Assembly: GCA_965287045.1 (NCBI GenBank)
Contig: OZ336890.1
Span: 35,712,001 to 35,776,000, forward strand
Length of the DNA stretch: 64,000 bases
From: Carcharhinus amblyrhynchos
Taxonomy: Eukaryota
Direction: 5' to 3'
Each line of letters opens with the position of its first letter. Within the stretch, counting starts at the first letter, position 1. The notes below the pieces were generated by a model, which worked only from the letters and a program-made list of their open reading frames with translations, was not told where the DNA came from and did not search any database. Below are positions 28,095-41,000 of the stretch, piece after piece. The position numbers were made by a program, and so were the translations under genes.

Positions 28095-28312
28095 GATCAC
28101 GTACCGACAGCTTCTTCTCTGCTGCCATCAGACTTTTGAATGGACCCACCTGGCATTAATTTGATCTTTCTCTACACCCTAGCTATGACTGTAACACTAC
28201 ATTCTGCACTCTCCCCTCCCTATGTATGGTATGTGTTGTCAGTATAGCGCGCAAGAAACAATACTTTTCACTGTATACTAATACATCTGACACTAATAAA
28301 TCAAATCAAATC
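28095..28312 (+). mobile_element. Rex1/Babar-like LINE 3' end
   Basis: Encodes DSFFSAAIRLLNG, resembling the Rex1 C-terminal SFFP.AIRLLN. A 3' UTR follows, ending tgacactaataaatcaaatcaaatca. Confidence 0.7.
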
Positions 28313-29294
28313 AGAGGGCACGCAGTTAAAGAAGGTTGAGTTCATGGAATGATCATTTTCCGATTTGAATGTGATTATGAAAATTTTAATATCAAGAACC
28401 TGGTGAACCAGAACCATTTTAGCACTGGGGGATTGTGTGAGGGGCGCTTAGCATAATGGGCAACAGAGATTTGGATCAGCTCATTTCCATGGGGCACAGC
28501 TAATTGAGCACTGGAATTGCGGAACCTGATCTAAACTGGTTCCCAGTTGAGAAACATCTCAGTTTTCAAATAGTTTTCAAATCTTTATCACTATAACTTC
28601 TTCCAGTCCTACAACCCTTCGAGACATTTGTCCACTCCAGTTCTATGGTCATATGTGCATCCCCGATCTATATTACAGGGTTGTCAATGAACAAAGAATA
28701 AATCTACCCGCTAACCCCAAAACAGCAGTCACCACACCTAAAACTAGAATAACAGCCTTTAAAGTGCAGTCCTGATTCGTCTCTTTCTGGACACTGAATG
28801 AGCTGATGTCTGTCATTGCACTTTGTTGGAATTCTCGATCGACACACAGGCTGATCAGTTTGAACAATCTGAGTGATGTCTTTATTGAGCAGTTCTTATT
28901 GAAGCCCCTAGGTGGAGCATTACCTGTTCATCCCAGAAGTTGCCAGGCACTGTGCACTGTTAGCCAGTGTGTAGTATCGATGCTCAGCTCACCATCTCAT
29001 TTCACTCCTCTCAAAACTAAACAGACTACAGATATATTGAAAACAGAGTAGCAATGAGAAAGAGGAAGTCTGTGCGTTCATTTTGTAAACGGAGTTTCTC
29101 GACTTGGCGAACTAACTGCATTAAAACACACATGAAAATAAATATTTGGAAGTAATTCTTTTGATAGAAATGAGAAAGAGTAGAATTTGAATCCGATCTT
29201 AAGATTCAGTGCAAGACAAAGCATAGGTAGAAATATCGAATTAGAGATGAATGCTTAAAAATTGACAGACTGAGCTTCCAAAACAGGTAGAATC

Positions 29295-29620
29295 AATATC
29301 TTTTCCCAAAGGTAGGGGTGTCTAAAACTACAGGGCATGGGTTTAAGGTGAGAGGGGAGAGATACGAAAGTGTCCAGAGGGGCAATTTTTTCCACACAGA
29401 GGGTGGTGAGTGTCTGGAACAAGCTGCCAGAGGTAGTAGTAGAAGTGGGTACAATTTTGTCTCTTAAAAAAGCATTTAAACAGTTACATGAGTACAATGG
29501 GTATAGAGGGGTATGGGCAAAATGTGGGCAACTGGAATTAGTTTAGGAGTTTTTAAAAAAAGGCAGCATGGACAAGTTGAGCTGAAGGGCCTATTTCTAC
29601 GCTGTAATCTCTATGGCTCT
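29295..29620 (+). mobile_element. CR1/HER1 LINE 3' end
   Basis: gggcatgggtttaaggtgagagggg...ttttccacacagagggtggtgagtgtctggaacaagctgccagagg (FTQRVV..WN.LP), with tail ctctatggctcta. Confidence 0.85.
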
Positions 29621-29715
29621 ACTTGCAGCCAGTTCTGACAATGCATACACCTGTTATTTTGCTTGTTTTCTTTCAGCCAAAGTAAAACATTGATGTGTCT
29701 CCAGAGGTATCCATT

Positions 29716-29985
29716 TGTCTGTGTGAAGTTTGCACATTCTCCCCATTTCAGCGTGGATTTCCTCCGAGTGCTCCAGTTTCCTCCCACAGTCATAAAATGC
29801 ACAAGTTAGGTGGATGGGCTATGCTAAATTGCCCCCTAGCATCTAATAATGTGTAGGTTGGGGGAATTAGTGGGTAAATGTGTGGCTTATGCAGATAGGC
29901 GGGAGGATGGATCTGGATAAGATGGTCTGTGAGAGCATCGTGCAGAGTCAATGGGCTGAATGGCCTCCTTCTGCTCTAAAGGGAT
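29716..29985 (+). mobile_element. HE1-type V-SINE, 5' truncated
   Basis: V-domain plus tail gggctgaatggcctccttctgc. Confidence 0.75.
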
Positions 29986-30811
29986 TAGTTGACTTATAGT
30001 AGTGGATGCCATTGCTGAAAGTGATACGGCTGATGTAGTAGGAACATCTGTAATGTGAAATGTATTATTCTGCTGCTAAAATTGAAGTGTATTTCTAAGG
30101 CCACAAATGCTATTAAGTAAACACAGGGTGAAGGTTGAGCTTAATTTCACATTTAAAGGTTAATTTCACATTCATGCCAGTTACTCATTTTGCAAGATTC
30201 TTTTATATTGGAACAGGGATATTGGATGTGAGTCACAGGTATGGTCGATTCAATCATTCTCTACCTCCTATATATATTGCTGTGATAAATACTCAAAGAT
30301 TGATGCTGTGCAGAGGTGATTGATCCTATTTCAGGCATCTTTCATTAATATGTTATAACCACTGGATGTTACAAGACATTTATATTTTAAACTGTCTTCT
30401 TTAATTCAATATACTGTGGGGTAGTGGAGAAGGGTTTGCGACTTCACAAGAAGTCTGGCCAGAGACTAGTCCTTGTGATCTGTTTGCTATGAGAACAGGA
30501 ACCCAGGTTGAAACTTATTGAAAGTAATGTGCAAGTTTCAACATCCGAACACAAAGGAGAAGGTAACAAATTCTTGCTGCTTGCAGACTCACTCTCAGAG
30601 GCAATCGAACTGAGTCTTATGAATGGCTATACCAGATTGAAGAAAAAGTTAGGAACCACAGAGAGAAGTGCTGGTGAGGATGGAATCCATGTTTACTAAA
30701 CAAAAATTCTAAAGACTTAAATACCACAAATCAGTGCAAGTGCTTTGTAACAAGAAGTCTATTTGATTACGCTCAAGGGCTGAGTGAAAGGGACTTTTTT
30801 TGTAAAAAGGA

Positions 30812-31312
30812 TGAAGCTCTCGAGAGAGTGCAGCGAAGGTTTACCAGGCTGATTCTGGGGATGGCAGGACTGACATATGAGGAGTGATTGACTAGATTAG
30901 GATTGTTTTTGCTGGAGTTCAGATGAATGGGGGAAATCTCATAGAAACTTATAAAATTCTAACAGGGCTAGACAGGGTAGATGAGGGAGGATACTCCTGA
31001 TGCTGGGTGTGTTCAGAACTAGCGGTCACAATCTGAGGATTTGGTGTAGAAGATTTAGGATGGAGATGAGACAATTGTTCACGCAAAGAGTGGTGACCCT
31101 GTGGAATTCATTACCACAGGAAGTAGTTGATGCCAAAACATTGAATGTATTCAAGGGGTGGCTAGATATAGCACTTGGGGGCGAACAGGATCAAGGGTTA
31201 TGGGCACAAAGCAGGATTAGGCTATTCAGTTGGACAATCAGCCTTGATCATGAAGAATGGTGGACCAGACTCAAAAAGCCACATGACCTCCTCCTGCTCC
31301 TATCTTCTATGG
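30812..31312 (+). mobile_element. CR1 LINE 3' fragment (degenerate ORF2 C-terminus)
   Basis: gagagagtgcagcgaaggtttaccaggctgatt; ORF track RTSGHNLRI...FTQRVVTLWNSLPQEVVDAKTLNVFK; ends tcttctatg. Confidence 0.88.
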
Positions 31313-31389
31313 AATATTTACTCTGGTAAAGCAAGAACAAGAGATGCAGGAAGAGCTTTGGACTTTAATCACAAGAGTACAGTTCTTCA

Positions 31390-31597
31390 GAGTCCAAAGA
31401 TGTGCAGGTTAGGTTGATTGGCCATGCTTAAATTGCCCCTTAGTATCCTGAGATGTGTAGATTAGAGGGATTAGTGGGTAAAATATGTAGGGATATGGGG
31501 GGTAGGGCCTGTGTGGGATTGTGGTCGGTGCAGACTCGATGAGCCGAATGGCCTCTCTCTGTACTGTAGGGTTTCTATGATTCCTATGATTCTATGA
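31390..31597 (+). mobile_element. HE1 SINE 3' half
   Basis: agtccaaagatgtgcaggttaggttgattggccatg...gccgaatggcctc...ttctatgattcctatgattctatga. Confidence 0.85.
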
Positions 31598-31854
31598 ATT
31601 AATGTATAAATACGCCATGGGGTTTTTGATCGTGTTAAGTAGTTAGTGGGAAATACTTCTATGTAATTTATTGCATTAATTGCCTATTAAGTAATGTTTA
31701 GTCTATGTTGATTTAAATTTGTTACAGTAAAAATCTTAAGACATGAAATCTTGTCATGTGATCCTTTACTCAAATTTATGTATAGGTCTCTACAGGGGTT
31801 GTAATAATGTTTTGTATGATACTTGATCAGCTGAAGTATTATATTCACAAAGAA

Positions 31855-32232
31855 AGACAAACATCGTTTGCGTACTTATTGACTAAAGTACTTTTGAAGT
31901 GTAATGATTGTTGTAATGTAAGAAACAGTGCCAATTTGTGCCTAGCACGTTCTCAAACAGCAATAAGATAATTAGCAAATAATTCGTTCTTACTGATGTT
32001 GGCTGAGGGATAAATAATGAGAAGGACACTCGGAGAACTCTGCTGCTCTCTACATAGCGTCATAGCATCTTTTACATGCAACAGAGGGGGCAGACGGGCC
32101 TCAGTAATAGTTTGTTGAAAGATAGCACCCATGACTGGACTGTTAGCCTAGATTGTGTGTTTTGACTTTCTGAAGTGGAACTCAAAATGCAAAACCTTGT
32201 GATTTAGTGGGGAAAGTGCTGCCACTAAGCCA
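31855..32232 (-). mobile_element. DeuSINE-like (SacSINE1-type) element
   Basis: aagtacttttgaagtgta...ccaatttgtgcctagca...gagggataaata...ggcagacgggcctc...gtgctgccactaagcc, collinear with 46840-47233. Confidence 0.65.
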
Positions 32233-34049
32233 GTAGCCAATCACAATCAAAGACACATTATATACAAATAATAAACCTATGAGTGAGGAATTATTGAGAA
32301 AAGACAAGATCAATCAATCAAGCTTGAACCATCTGCAAACTCCACCAACAGGTGAACCAAAGCACTCACATAGATTATGAAAATATTTTCAGCTGCCACT
32401 TTGATTTCTTCAACGTGAAGATTTCCCAACAAGGTTAACATAAGAAATGCTGAATTTACAGGAAAATGTGAAAACTGACAGCATTTCCAGTGTTTGAATT
32501 GTCTTTAAACACATTTTCTATTGGAGGCCTGTGGCTCTCTTGAAAAGGATGACACTGGAGTTCATGGCATTTTCCCAACTTGGCAACATCAACTGAAAGG
32601 ATTAAAGGGCAATAAACTACAATGCCCAGTGTGCACCAAGTCTTACTGTTTTTATGATTGGCCCTCACCACTGTCAATTATTGAGGACCTAATACCTCAA
32701 GAAACTATTGTAGGGCACTGAAATCAGTTCAAATGTTTATTTATAAAAGCATGGAAAAGTGAAGTCTTTTCCTTGGTTAAATATAGGCAACTACATTCAA
32801 TGGGCTTCGTTATTTGACAAATACAGTACATTACCTGTGTGAAAAAAGACACCTTAACATTTGATTTTTATTCTTGGTCATGTAATAGATACAGCAACTT
32901 TATTTATATATCCACATTAGAACAGCTAGCAATGACAAAAGAAGAATTCTGGAAGGACTAATTTGAAGGGTTTATTTTATGAATAAAACACTGACTTTTA
33001 AAACAAAAATTAGTAATTTAAGTATTGATGAAGAGAGAGGCAAGTAGTTGAAGCTTTCCATCTTACACTCACTGATAGTTAAATTTGATATTCTTGCCTT
33101 TGTCCTGATGAGTGCAAGACAAAAAGCTTTGGTAACATGTTTTTTTTTCCAAGTTCTGTACTACCAAACGATTGTTAATGCAAAGTACCGAGTACGAACT
33201 ATATATACTAATTATGATAATAGATGTTGAAAGATCCAGGAATGGGATTACATTAGTTTCATTTCAGAATTAAGATTGCCACAGCTGTAACGAGTAAACT
33301 ACCTCATTTTATATTACTTCTGTGATCTTTCAAGTCAGTTCCCAAAAATTTGTGTACGCCAATGACATATACAAAGCCAATAAAGAGCTCAACATCCAAA
33401 TGAATGGCTCCAAGTTAAAGCACCAGCCAACTCCAAAATACCCCAGAGTGAGCGGAATAGAACACTGACATTCAGGGAACATCTAAAAATAACTGAAACC
33501 AAGGTCAAGTCCAGAAACTTGACTGCCAAACTAGCCAACTCAATGTGGGCTGCTGCCACCACTTGCTCTTTCATAATCAGTAGTAGCATATTGCTCTTTG
33601 GTCAAGGTCACCTCACACAAACACACCCACAGAGCTGTTACCCTGCTGAATGCTACCATATGTATCAGTATTGTAACATTACACTCAACATCAGTTCCTT
33701 GGCTCCCTGTCCTCACACACATCACTTCTCCACATATCTGCTGATTTGCAACAACCCACAGAATAACGAGTAAGTTTGCAATGCTCCCCACATGCCATTT
33801 CATGCTGACCTTCAGCCCACCCAAGGCAGGACTTCCATCAAGAAGGGACGATCTGAAAAAACTCACCCACACAGGGCTTCAATGCTAATTCCACCTGGAT
33901 AAATGAATGGGAATCATTGAACAGGACAAATAAGTACCTGGTCTCAAACCAACCCAACAGCTGCCTGGTTTCAACCTGCCAAGGAATAATCAACAAATTC
34001 AAGATTGTCCATGACCGTTGCTTGGCCAACTTCCACTAACAGGGCATTG

Positions 34050-34352
34050 GGTGACATGGTGGAACAATGGTTAGCACTTCTGCCTCACAGTGCCAGGGAT
34101 CCAGGTTTGATTCCTGACTTGGGTCACTGTCTGTATAGAGTTTGCACGTTCTTTATGTGTCTGTGTGGGCTTCCTCGGGTGCTCCGGTTTCCTCCCATAC
34201 TCCAAAAGACGTGCTGGTTAGGTGCATTGGTTACGCTAAATTCTCCCTCAGTGTACACAAACAGGCACTGGAATGTGGCGACTGAGGGATTTTCACAGTA
34301 ACTTCATTGCAGTGTTAATGTAAACCTACTTGTAGCACTAGGAAATAAACTT
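34050..34352 (+). mobile_element. V-SINE, alternative tail
   Basis: Head tggttagcacttctgcctcacagtgccagggatccaggtttgattcc; tail cacagtaacttcattgcagtgttaatgtaaacctacttgt. Confidence 0.88.
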
Positions 34353-35354
34353 CAATTTTAAAACTTTAGCCCAGCCCTCTATGTAACTGTGGGAGAACAA
34401 ACTGTGCACCACATCACTGAAGAGTGCCCAATCCACAAACTCAGCAGAGGCCTATCTGCTCTCAGCACAGCAGGACAGGAATAAACTGCTTGGCTCAGGG
34501 ATTTGGCATTCGCTAATTAAATAAATTCAGTTGTGAAGATGTTTGCAAAAAGTGTGCGTTGCATGTCTTTTTGACCTCTCTTTTAAAGCCACTTCCTAAA
34601 TAGATAAACAATGAGAGTACAGCTTTTCTCTGTAGCACTTTGGAATTTATTTATGGAAGTGTGGTATATGAGGGCAACAAAGGTATTCGTCTCCCCGCAG
34701 TGAGTGAAGGGATTAGGTATTTATTTTTCTGGAACAAATCTAAAAACACTTACTTCAGTGCTGCTGGAGAGCTCTTACAAACCACTTTCCAGGGAAGTTC
34801 ACCTGCCCTCGGCAACAGCGTAACCTCTAACTCAGTATGAGACCTGCTAGTAATTATGCATAAAAATGCTTTTTTTTAAATGTTTAATCAACATATTTTG
34901 ACACAGATATGACTTCAGATAGTCTAATTTCTGATCAGCAACAATGCAATTTAATCAACAACAATGCAATTTAATCAACAAATCTTTATCCTTCCATTAA
35001 AACAAAACTCTCCAAATAACGTACATAATTCCAACAATGGTTTGGATTACATATTCACATTGAAATTTATGTGCCATAATGAAACTTTTGACACTGTTAA
35101 TTCCCCTTGCCTTACTTTGCAATAAAAAAGCAGAATGTGACTGCAGACCATTTTGCTGTTTTACTCATTTATTACGGATATTTAAAAAAAAATCATGACA
35201 ATATAAATCAAATATTTCACTTGTTTAATACATTTATGCTCTGATTCCAGTCTTTCAATTACAGTCAATTATTGCAGGTTGAAGTGGCAGTGAACAATAA
35301 TTGGAGGATTACTTTGTATTCTGACCACACTTCACTTTCTAACTTTGTTTATAT

Positions 35355-35755
35355 TCTTTCATGGGATTTGGGCCTTGCTGGCAAGGCCAGTAAATACAGT
35401 CCCTTTCTATACAATGGTGTACCCCACTGGGCCTTTTCAGGAGGCAGTTAAGAGTCAACTACATTGCTGCAGGTCTGGAGTCACTTATAGGCCAGATCAG
35501 ATAAGGACAGCACATTTCCCTTCCTAAATGACATTAATGAACCAGATGGGCTTTTTGCGACAATTTGGTAGTTTCATTGTCCCCATTACTGACACTAGCT
35601 TTTTTAAAAAGAAAATCCAGATTTATTTAGTTAGCTGAATTTAAATTCTCCAGCGCTCCAGGTGGGAAATGAATTCAGACTCCAGATCATTAGCCCAGAT
35701 CTCTGGACTACGAGTCTAGTAACAAAACCACAATGAAATTTACCCTCTTAATACA
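35355..35755 (-). mobile_element. Old SINE-like element with an L2-like 3' tail
   Basis: The tail ttcatgggatttgggccttgctggcaaggccag is similar to 25640-25740 and about 41965-42050. A tRNA-like end lies near 35660-35755. Confidence 0.55.
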
Positions 35756-36720
35756 ACTACTGGTACATAATTATTAGATATTGTTCATTCAAAATTATTA
35801 GTAAAGTGTGATGATGAATGTGTACACTTTTTAATATGTATCCACTTGAAATATGAAATTAGACTATTTATGTGTGATGACAGTCCAAATTGTGCAGAAA
35901 CAATCTTTGAGGGGATGGAATGGTTGTGGCCGTTCTGTCCTTTGTGGTAGCAATTTGAGATGAAGGATTAAAAGTATCACACACATTGTACTGATTTAGT
36001 TGCAATTACTGTGTTGGCACAGTAAATAAATTTGGTGAAAGCAGGAGTCATGATTTAGATACTATTCTTTTTATATAGTTCCACAATGTAACTTTCAACA
36101 TGAGAGTGGGATGTTTCTGGACTATCAGTTTCAAAGGACATGTTCAGCAACATCAACTGATGACTGACTGTAGTTTAAGTTTGACTTCATATATGGGAAG
36201 AATAAAGTTCAAGTACAGGGATATGAAATAATAATTCTAAATCAATACTGAAAAATTAACTTTATTGTGCCATTTAATTGTTAGAGCACTCCTGAACAAA
36301 GGCGTCATTGTTAACTGTGAATGTTTTATTAGTCTCAAACATCCCTTCTATGCAGCTGGAAATCCCAAAGGTTCTCCAACAGATGAATGTTCTGGAGTGA
36401 CTTCATAGTAAGTTCAATTCATAACTTCAAGTGTCATAATTTGAGGGCAATTTCTTTTTGGAAGAACGCATCTGAATGACGTATTTTACAATTAGTTTTA
36501 AGAACATACAACATTTGTGGTGCAAATCACAGGCCATTGATTTTCCAAGAGATTTTGGATTTCAAAATTCTCCTTCATGATGTAAAGAATTACTGGCATT
36601 TTAATTTGTTATTGGTGTGTTTACGGAATGTGATTAAGGGATAGAATCTGAGAACATGTCAAGGGGCATATTTTAGGGAGATTAGAAGACATGTTATAAC
36701 TAAGTTAAATTTATAATTTA

Positions 36721-37031
36721 GGTTTATTTATTAGTGTCACAAGCAGGCTTACATTAACACTGCAATGAAGTTACTGTGAAAATCCCGCAGTCGCCACACT
36801 CCGGTGCTTGTTTGGGTACACCGAGGGACAATTTACTGTCAGAGTTTGGCCAATCCATCGAACCGGCATGTCTTTCGGACTGTGGGAGGAAACCAGAGCA
36901 TCCAGAGAAAACCCACACAGACACGGGGAGAACATGCAGACTCCGCACATACAGTGACCCAAGCTCGGGAATCAAACCCAGGTCCCTGATGCTGTGATGC
37001 AGCAATGCTAACCATTGTGCCACCGGGCTGC
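36721..37031 (-). mobile_element. V-SINE, alternative tail, full length, sense to COX10
   Basis: Head ggcagcccggtggcacaatggttagcattg, V-domain, tail ...gtgacactaataaataaacc. Confidence 0.9.
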
Positions 37032-37059
37032 CCATAACTTTACAGACACAACATGGAGT

Positions 37060-37460
37060 TGAAAATATACATCTATTTTAGAGTTGAATTATGAGGGCAG
37101 ATTGCATAAACGTAGCCTGTATTCTCTGCAGTTTAGAAAATTGAGCTTGATCTGATCAAGGTATTTAAAATGTCATAAAGATTCCATAGGGTATATACAG
37201 ATAAACTATTTACCCTAATAAGTGTAGAACCTGGTGGCAAAGAATCAGAGCTCGGTCAGGTAGGAAAAATTCAAGAAGTAGTTCTCCACACAAAGAATAG
37301 TGGACATTTGGAATTGTCTTCCCCAAAGCCTGAGAGATTTAGTTAAGGGAATCAATGAATATGGAGTCACAGCAGGTAATTGCAGATAAGGTACAGCTCA
37401 GCAATTATGTACTGAATGGCTGAGCAGGTTTGAGGGCATGAATGGCCAACTGGTGTTCCT
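37060..37460 (+). mobile_element. Highly decayed CR1 3' end just downstream of the COX10 stop
   Basis: gaattatgagggcagattgcataaac...tgatctgatcaaggtatttaaaat...ttctccacacaaagaatagtggacatttggaa...gagggcatgaatggccaactggtgttccta. Confidence 0.65.
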
Positions 37461-37619
37461 AAGTAAATTAAAAAAGACCATTTTTATGTCACATTACAGA
37501 ATCAAAAAAGATTGTACAAATTACCAGAACAAATCAGTGCATCACTGAATGAGGCCATAGCAACATGATACAGAAATGGTCTTTACCGCCTTCTGGAGAT
37601 TTCTCAATAAAAATGAACG

Positions 37620-38044
37620 TTATGCTTGCATTTCTGTTTTAACGCTGTGATGAGCTGCTCCCTCATTTCCAAATAGAGATTTCTTGCAGGTCAGCATGAG
37701 GAGCAATAGCATAGGGAGATGCCAGAGGCTGCAAAAGAAAAGTTTCCGAGCACTGCTGCGATCTGAATCCCTGTAAAATCGATAGCCGAGGTAGCTGATG
37801 TACAAGTTGATTGGGAGTGAAATGAGTGGGAAAGTCCACGTGGTTACATCAAATACAGGACACAATGTTGACAGTCCAATGAGGGCAATGCAGTGGCGGA
37901 AGGCCACACGTTTGCACAGCGATGGATGTGTGACTGACATCATGCGGTAGCCACCTCTTGAGTAGTCTTCTCGAAGGTTCCAGCTTAAAGCATTGAAATG
38001 TGGGAATTGCCAGGAATACAGGATACCACCCAATAACAAGGCAC
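37620..38044 (-). CDS. COX10: Heme O synthase / protoheme IX farnesyltransferase, last coding exon (human exon 7 equivalent)
   Basis: Acceptor tttag|GT GCC TTG. Translates (G)[40 protein letters not shown]...[26 protein letters not shown]...MQA* with TAA at 37620-37622. Phase is compatible with the upstream exon ending ATA G|gtaag. Confidence 0.97.
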
Positions 38045-41000
38045 CTAAACAGGGGGACAGGGAGGCAAGTATAAGTTTTCAAATAATGACAAACATGTTA
38101 TTTTTCTAAAACAATTAAATTCCAAGAAATTTATCTCCTGAACACACATTTAGAAATATTACATTAAAAAGCTGATATTAAGCTTTTATACTCAATTCCT
38201 TGCACAATAACTCCTTATTGCCTCAAGCCCTTGTAAAGTGACAGGGAAATCAACTTAGCCCATTCTTTCACACATTCCAGTATTCACATACACATTGGCT
38301 TTGGCACTGACTAACACACCATATTATCTATATGAAAATCAGAAAAAAATAAACTACATTAATTACAGTGCTCAAAAGGTGTGACTAGGTCATGAACTGT
38401 TAAACTTTTAGATCCACAATTTTGTTTATGGCAAAACAGTCTAAGGCATTAAACTCGTCACCCCCCTTTCTATTTTGTCACTCACTGGAATCTGTAAGAC
38501 TATTCGATAAGATAAATTAATGCTGCTATGTTGAACTATTCCTAAATATAAATGTTTCTATGACCACTAGATGAGCATATCACATTTTGTTAACTATTTT
38601 ATCATTGCTGGTAAGGATAAAAATGTAAAAATGTAGGAACAAGTGAAGAAAGTGGTTGTGTCTGAAGGAAGTTGACAAAGTCCCTTACTATATCACTACC
38701 CTCATTATGTCTTCAAAACATGGGAGAACCTGACCAGTCAGTATTACAAGAAAGAATTGCACATTGTTAATCAAGAAAATTTGTTTTGTCTGCCTGACTT
38801 GAATACATGTCTTCAAGATAAGGGTGCAGAATTCATTGTCTCAGTTGGACTACCTCAGTAATCCATTTACAAAACTCTCAGCAGATAAGAGATCAATTAC
38901 ATATTAGATCCTCATTGCATACGATTAAATCTACTTCAAATGTCACAAATATCAAGGAATGATCCAGAATGATAGCAAAATACGTAATGTATCAATTTGC
39001 CTTAAAATCCATTCTGAGAAAACAGTTAGATATAGACGTAAATGGGTGAAATAAAAAAGGAACCTGTAATGACCTCAATCAGGCCATTGAGATTAGCTTA
39101 GGACCCAACTGATGGGCCAGAGAGCCTTTGCTTTGTACTTAACCACGGGTGTCAGTTCCTCTGACACCCCTGGAGATAGCCTGCTAACTGATAGCACTCT
39201 GTGTACCACTGCTAGAGTTGTAAGTAAAGGGATTTTGCTGAAAGGATTTCTGCCTCCACAGACTTATTACAGAACCTCGGACAGTTTTATGGCACAACTT
39301 TACAACTATTTCAGTTACATAAGAGTATAGAGGTTTGCACTCAGTGCTGCACTCATCAAGCCAACAATCTAATTTGCCCCCTTAGGAGAAAGCACAAAGC
39401 TGAGGTGAAGTGATACTGCCTAGCGAGGGAGTGAAATCCAAATGCAGATTCAGCCTATCCCTGTGCAATGATACAACTACTGCCAAAGATAGGGACTGGT
39501 GGGCTACATGATAGAGGCAGGGACTAGATAAAAAGTAAAACATGTCAATTATAAAGGGTAATATAACACGAGCACAAACTGAAGATTTAATGGCTAACTT
39601 TAGGAAAATGTCAACGTTCTGTCGTAAGTTTGTGTCACTTAAGATATAACCTCAGAAACGTCAAAGTGAGGACTTTAAGAGGCAGAACTAACATTATCCT
39701 CTCTTTAGTCACAATTTTGATTTTGACTTTATGATGATTTGCACAGACCCGTATATATTTTTATAGTGTTCATTGATCCAGCGTAGATAGTTTAATACTA
39801 CCTCTGTAAAGTTCTTGGAAAGAAACTAATGCCACGCGTTGGAATAAAGTACAAAATTGTTTCTGTTGTGACATCTGTCAGTAGTGAAGGAACCTAAAGT
39901 GTTAACAAGGTGAAGTGACCAGCTTTAGAATTCTTTTAAGTCCGTTCTGAAACACCACAATTTTAATTTTGCTCTGGCACCATTTTCAATTCAAACATTT
40001 CAGACAGTGGTCACCTCAGAATTTCATGGAATAATGGAATTCTAACACCTTAAGTATCACTTTGTAAGAAATAGCAATGATAGAATATTTGATAACCAAT
40101 TATAGAATACTACACAAAGGAAGAATTTGATAACTCAGTTATTTCATCATAATTTTCCAAAGAATATGTTCTGTTAGTACTCACGGACTATCCTCTTTAC
40201 AGCTCAGCACGGAAGTAACAGGATAGACAAGAGTCATTAGTCCTGTTTACATTAGCAGATGGAATGACTATCTGGTCAGTGGGGTTGACAGAGCCTGGAG
40301 CTGCCCTGTTTACATTACAGTCTCAGACCAGCGCAGCTCTGATGACAGATTATGAGTTGCATATGCTAGTTTCACTACAAAGGCTACAATTTGTCAGATA
40401 TTTCCAACAGTATTCAGCTGGCTTCGCAGTGGCAAGGTAGCTCAGAGGCCATCACAGTGAGGCAGCAGTTTATATAACTCTTATTCTGATGTCAAACTAT
40501 TACAAAGCACGAGGAAGGAAAAGGCTTGTAGTTCCAAAGTGATGGTATTAGACTTATAGCATCGATTGGAAGTGGAATATGACCAAAATCAGTCGAAATT
40601 CAACCTTGATGTCAAACAATTTAAATCTGCTGAGTTAGTAACAGTTTGATATTACTTTAATCGCTTTTATTGTATTTATAGCTGGAGGTCAGAATAATGT
40701 TCTTACACTCTATTTGCTCGGTTCTTGCAGTTTTAGTGGAAACAAAATTTATCATTAAAAAGTGTTTATAAACATTGTTAAGGAAGCTTGCCTTGCCAAG
40801 AGCCAGTACAGTAACTGTGACCAGCTCTGCTCCAAGTGTTCCACATCACTTAGAGTGTTCCTGGGATTATAGCAGAAGGAAGATACAAATTTCCCCCAAG
40901 ATCGAATCCACGTTGTATTCACTCTGCAACAAATATTAGAGCTTGAATGCGACTACTGACCATTAAGGTCCCTCATCAACGTATTTCAGGCAAAGCAGTG

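Noticed and set aside
34936-34981. 20-bp tandem duplication CAACAATGCAATTTAATCAA
   Set aside because: Ordinary two-copy micro-duplication with no spacers, so not CRISPR-like.
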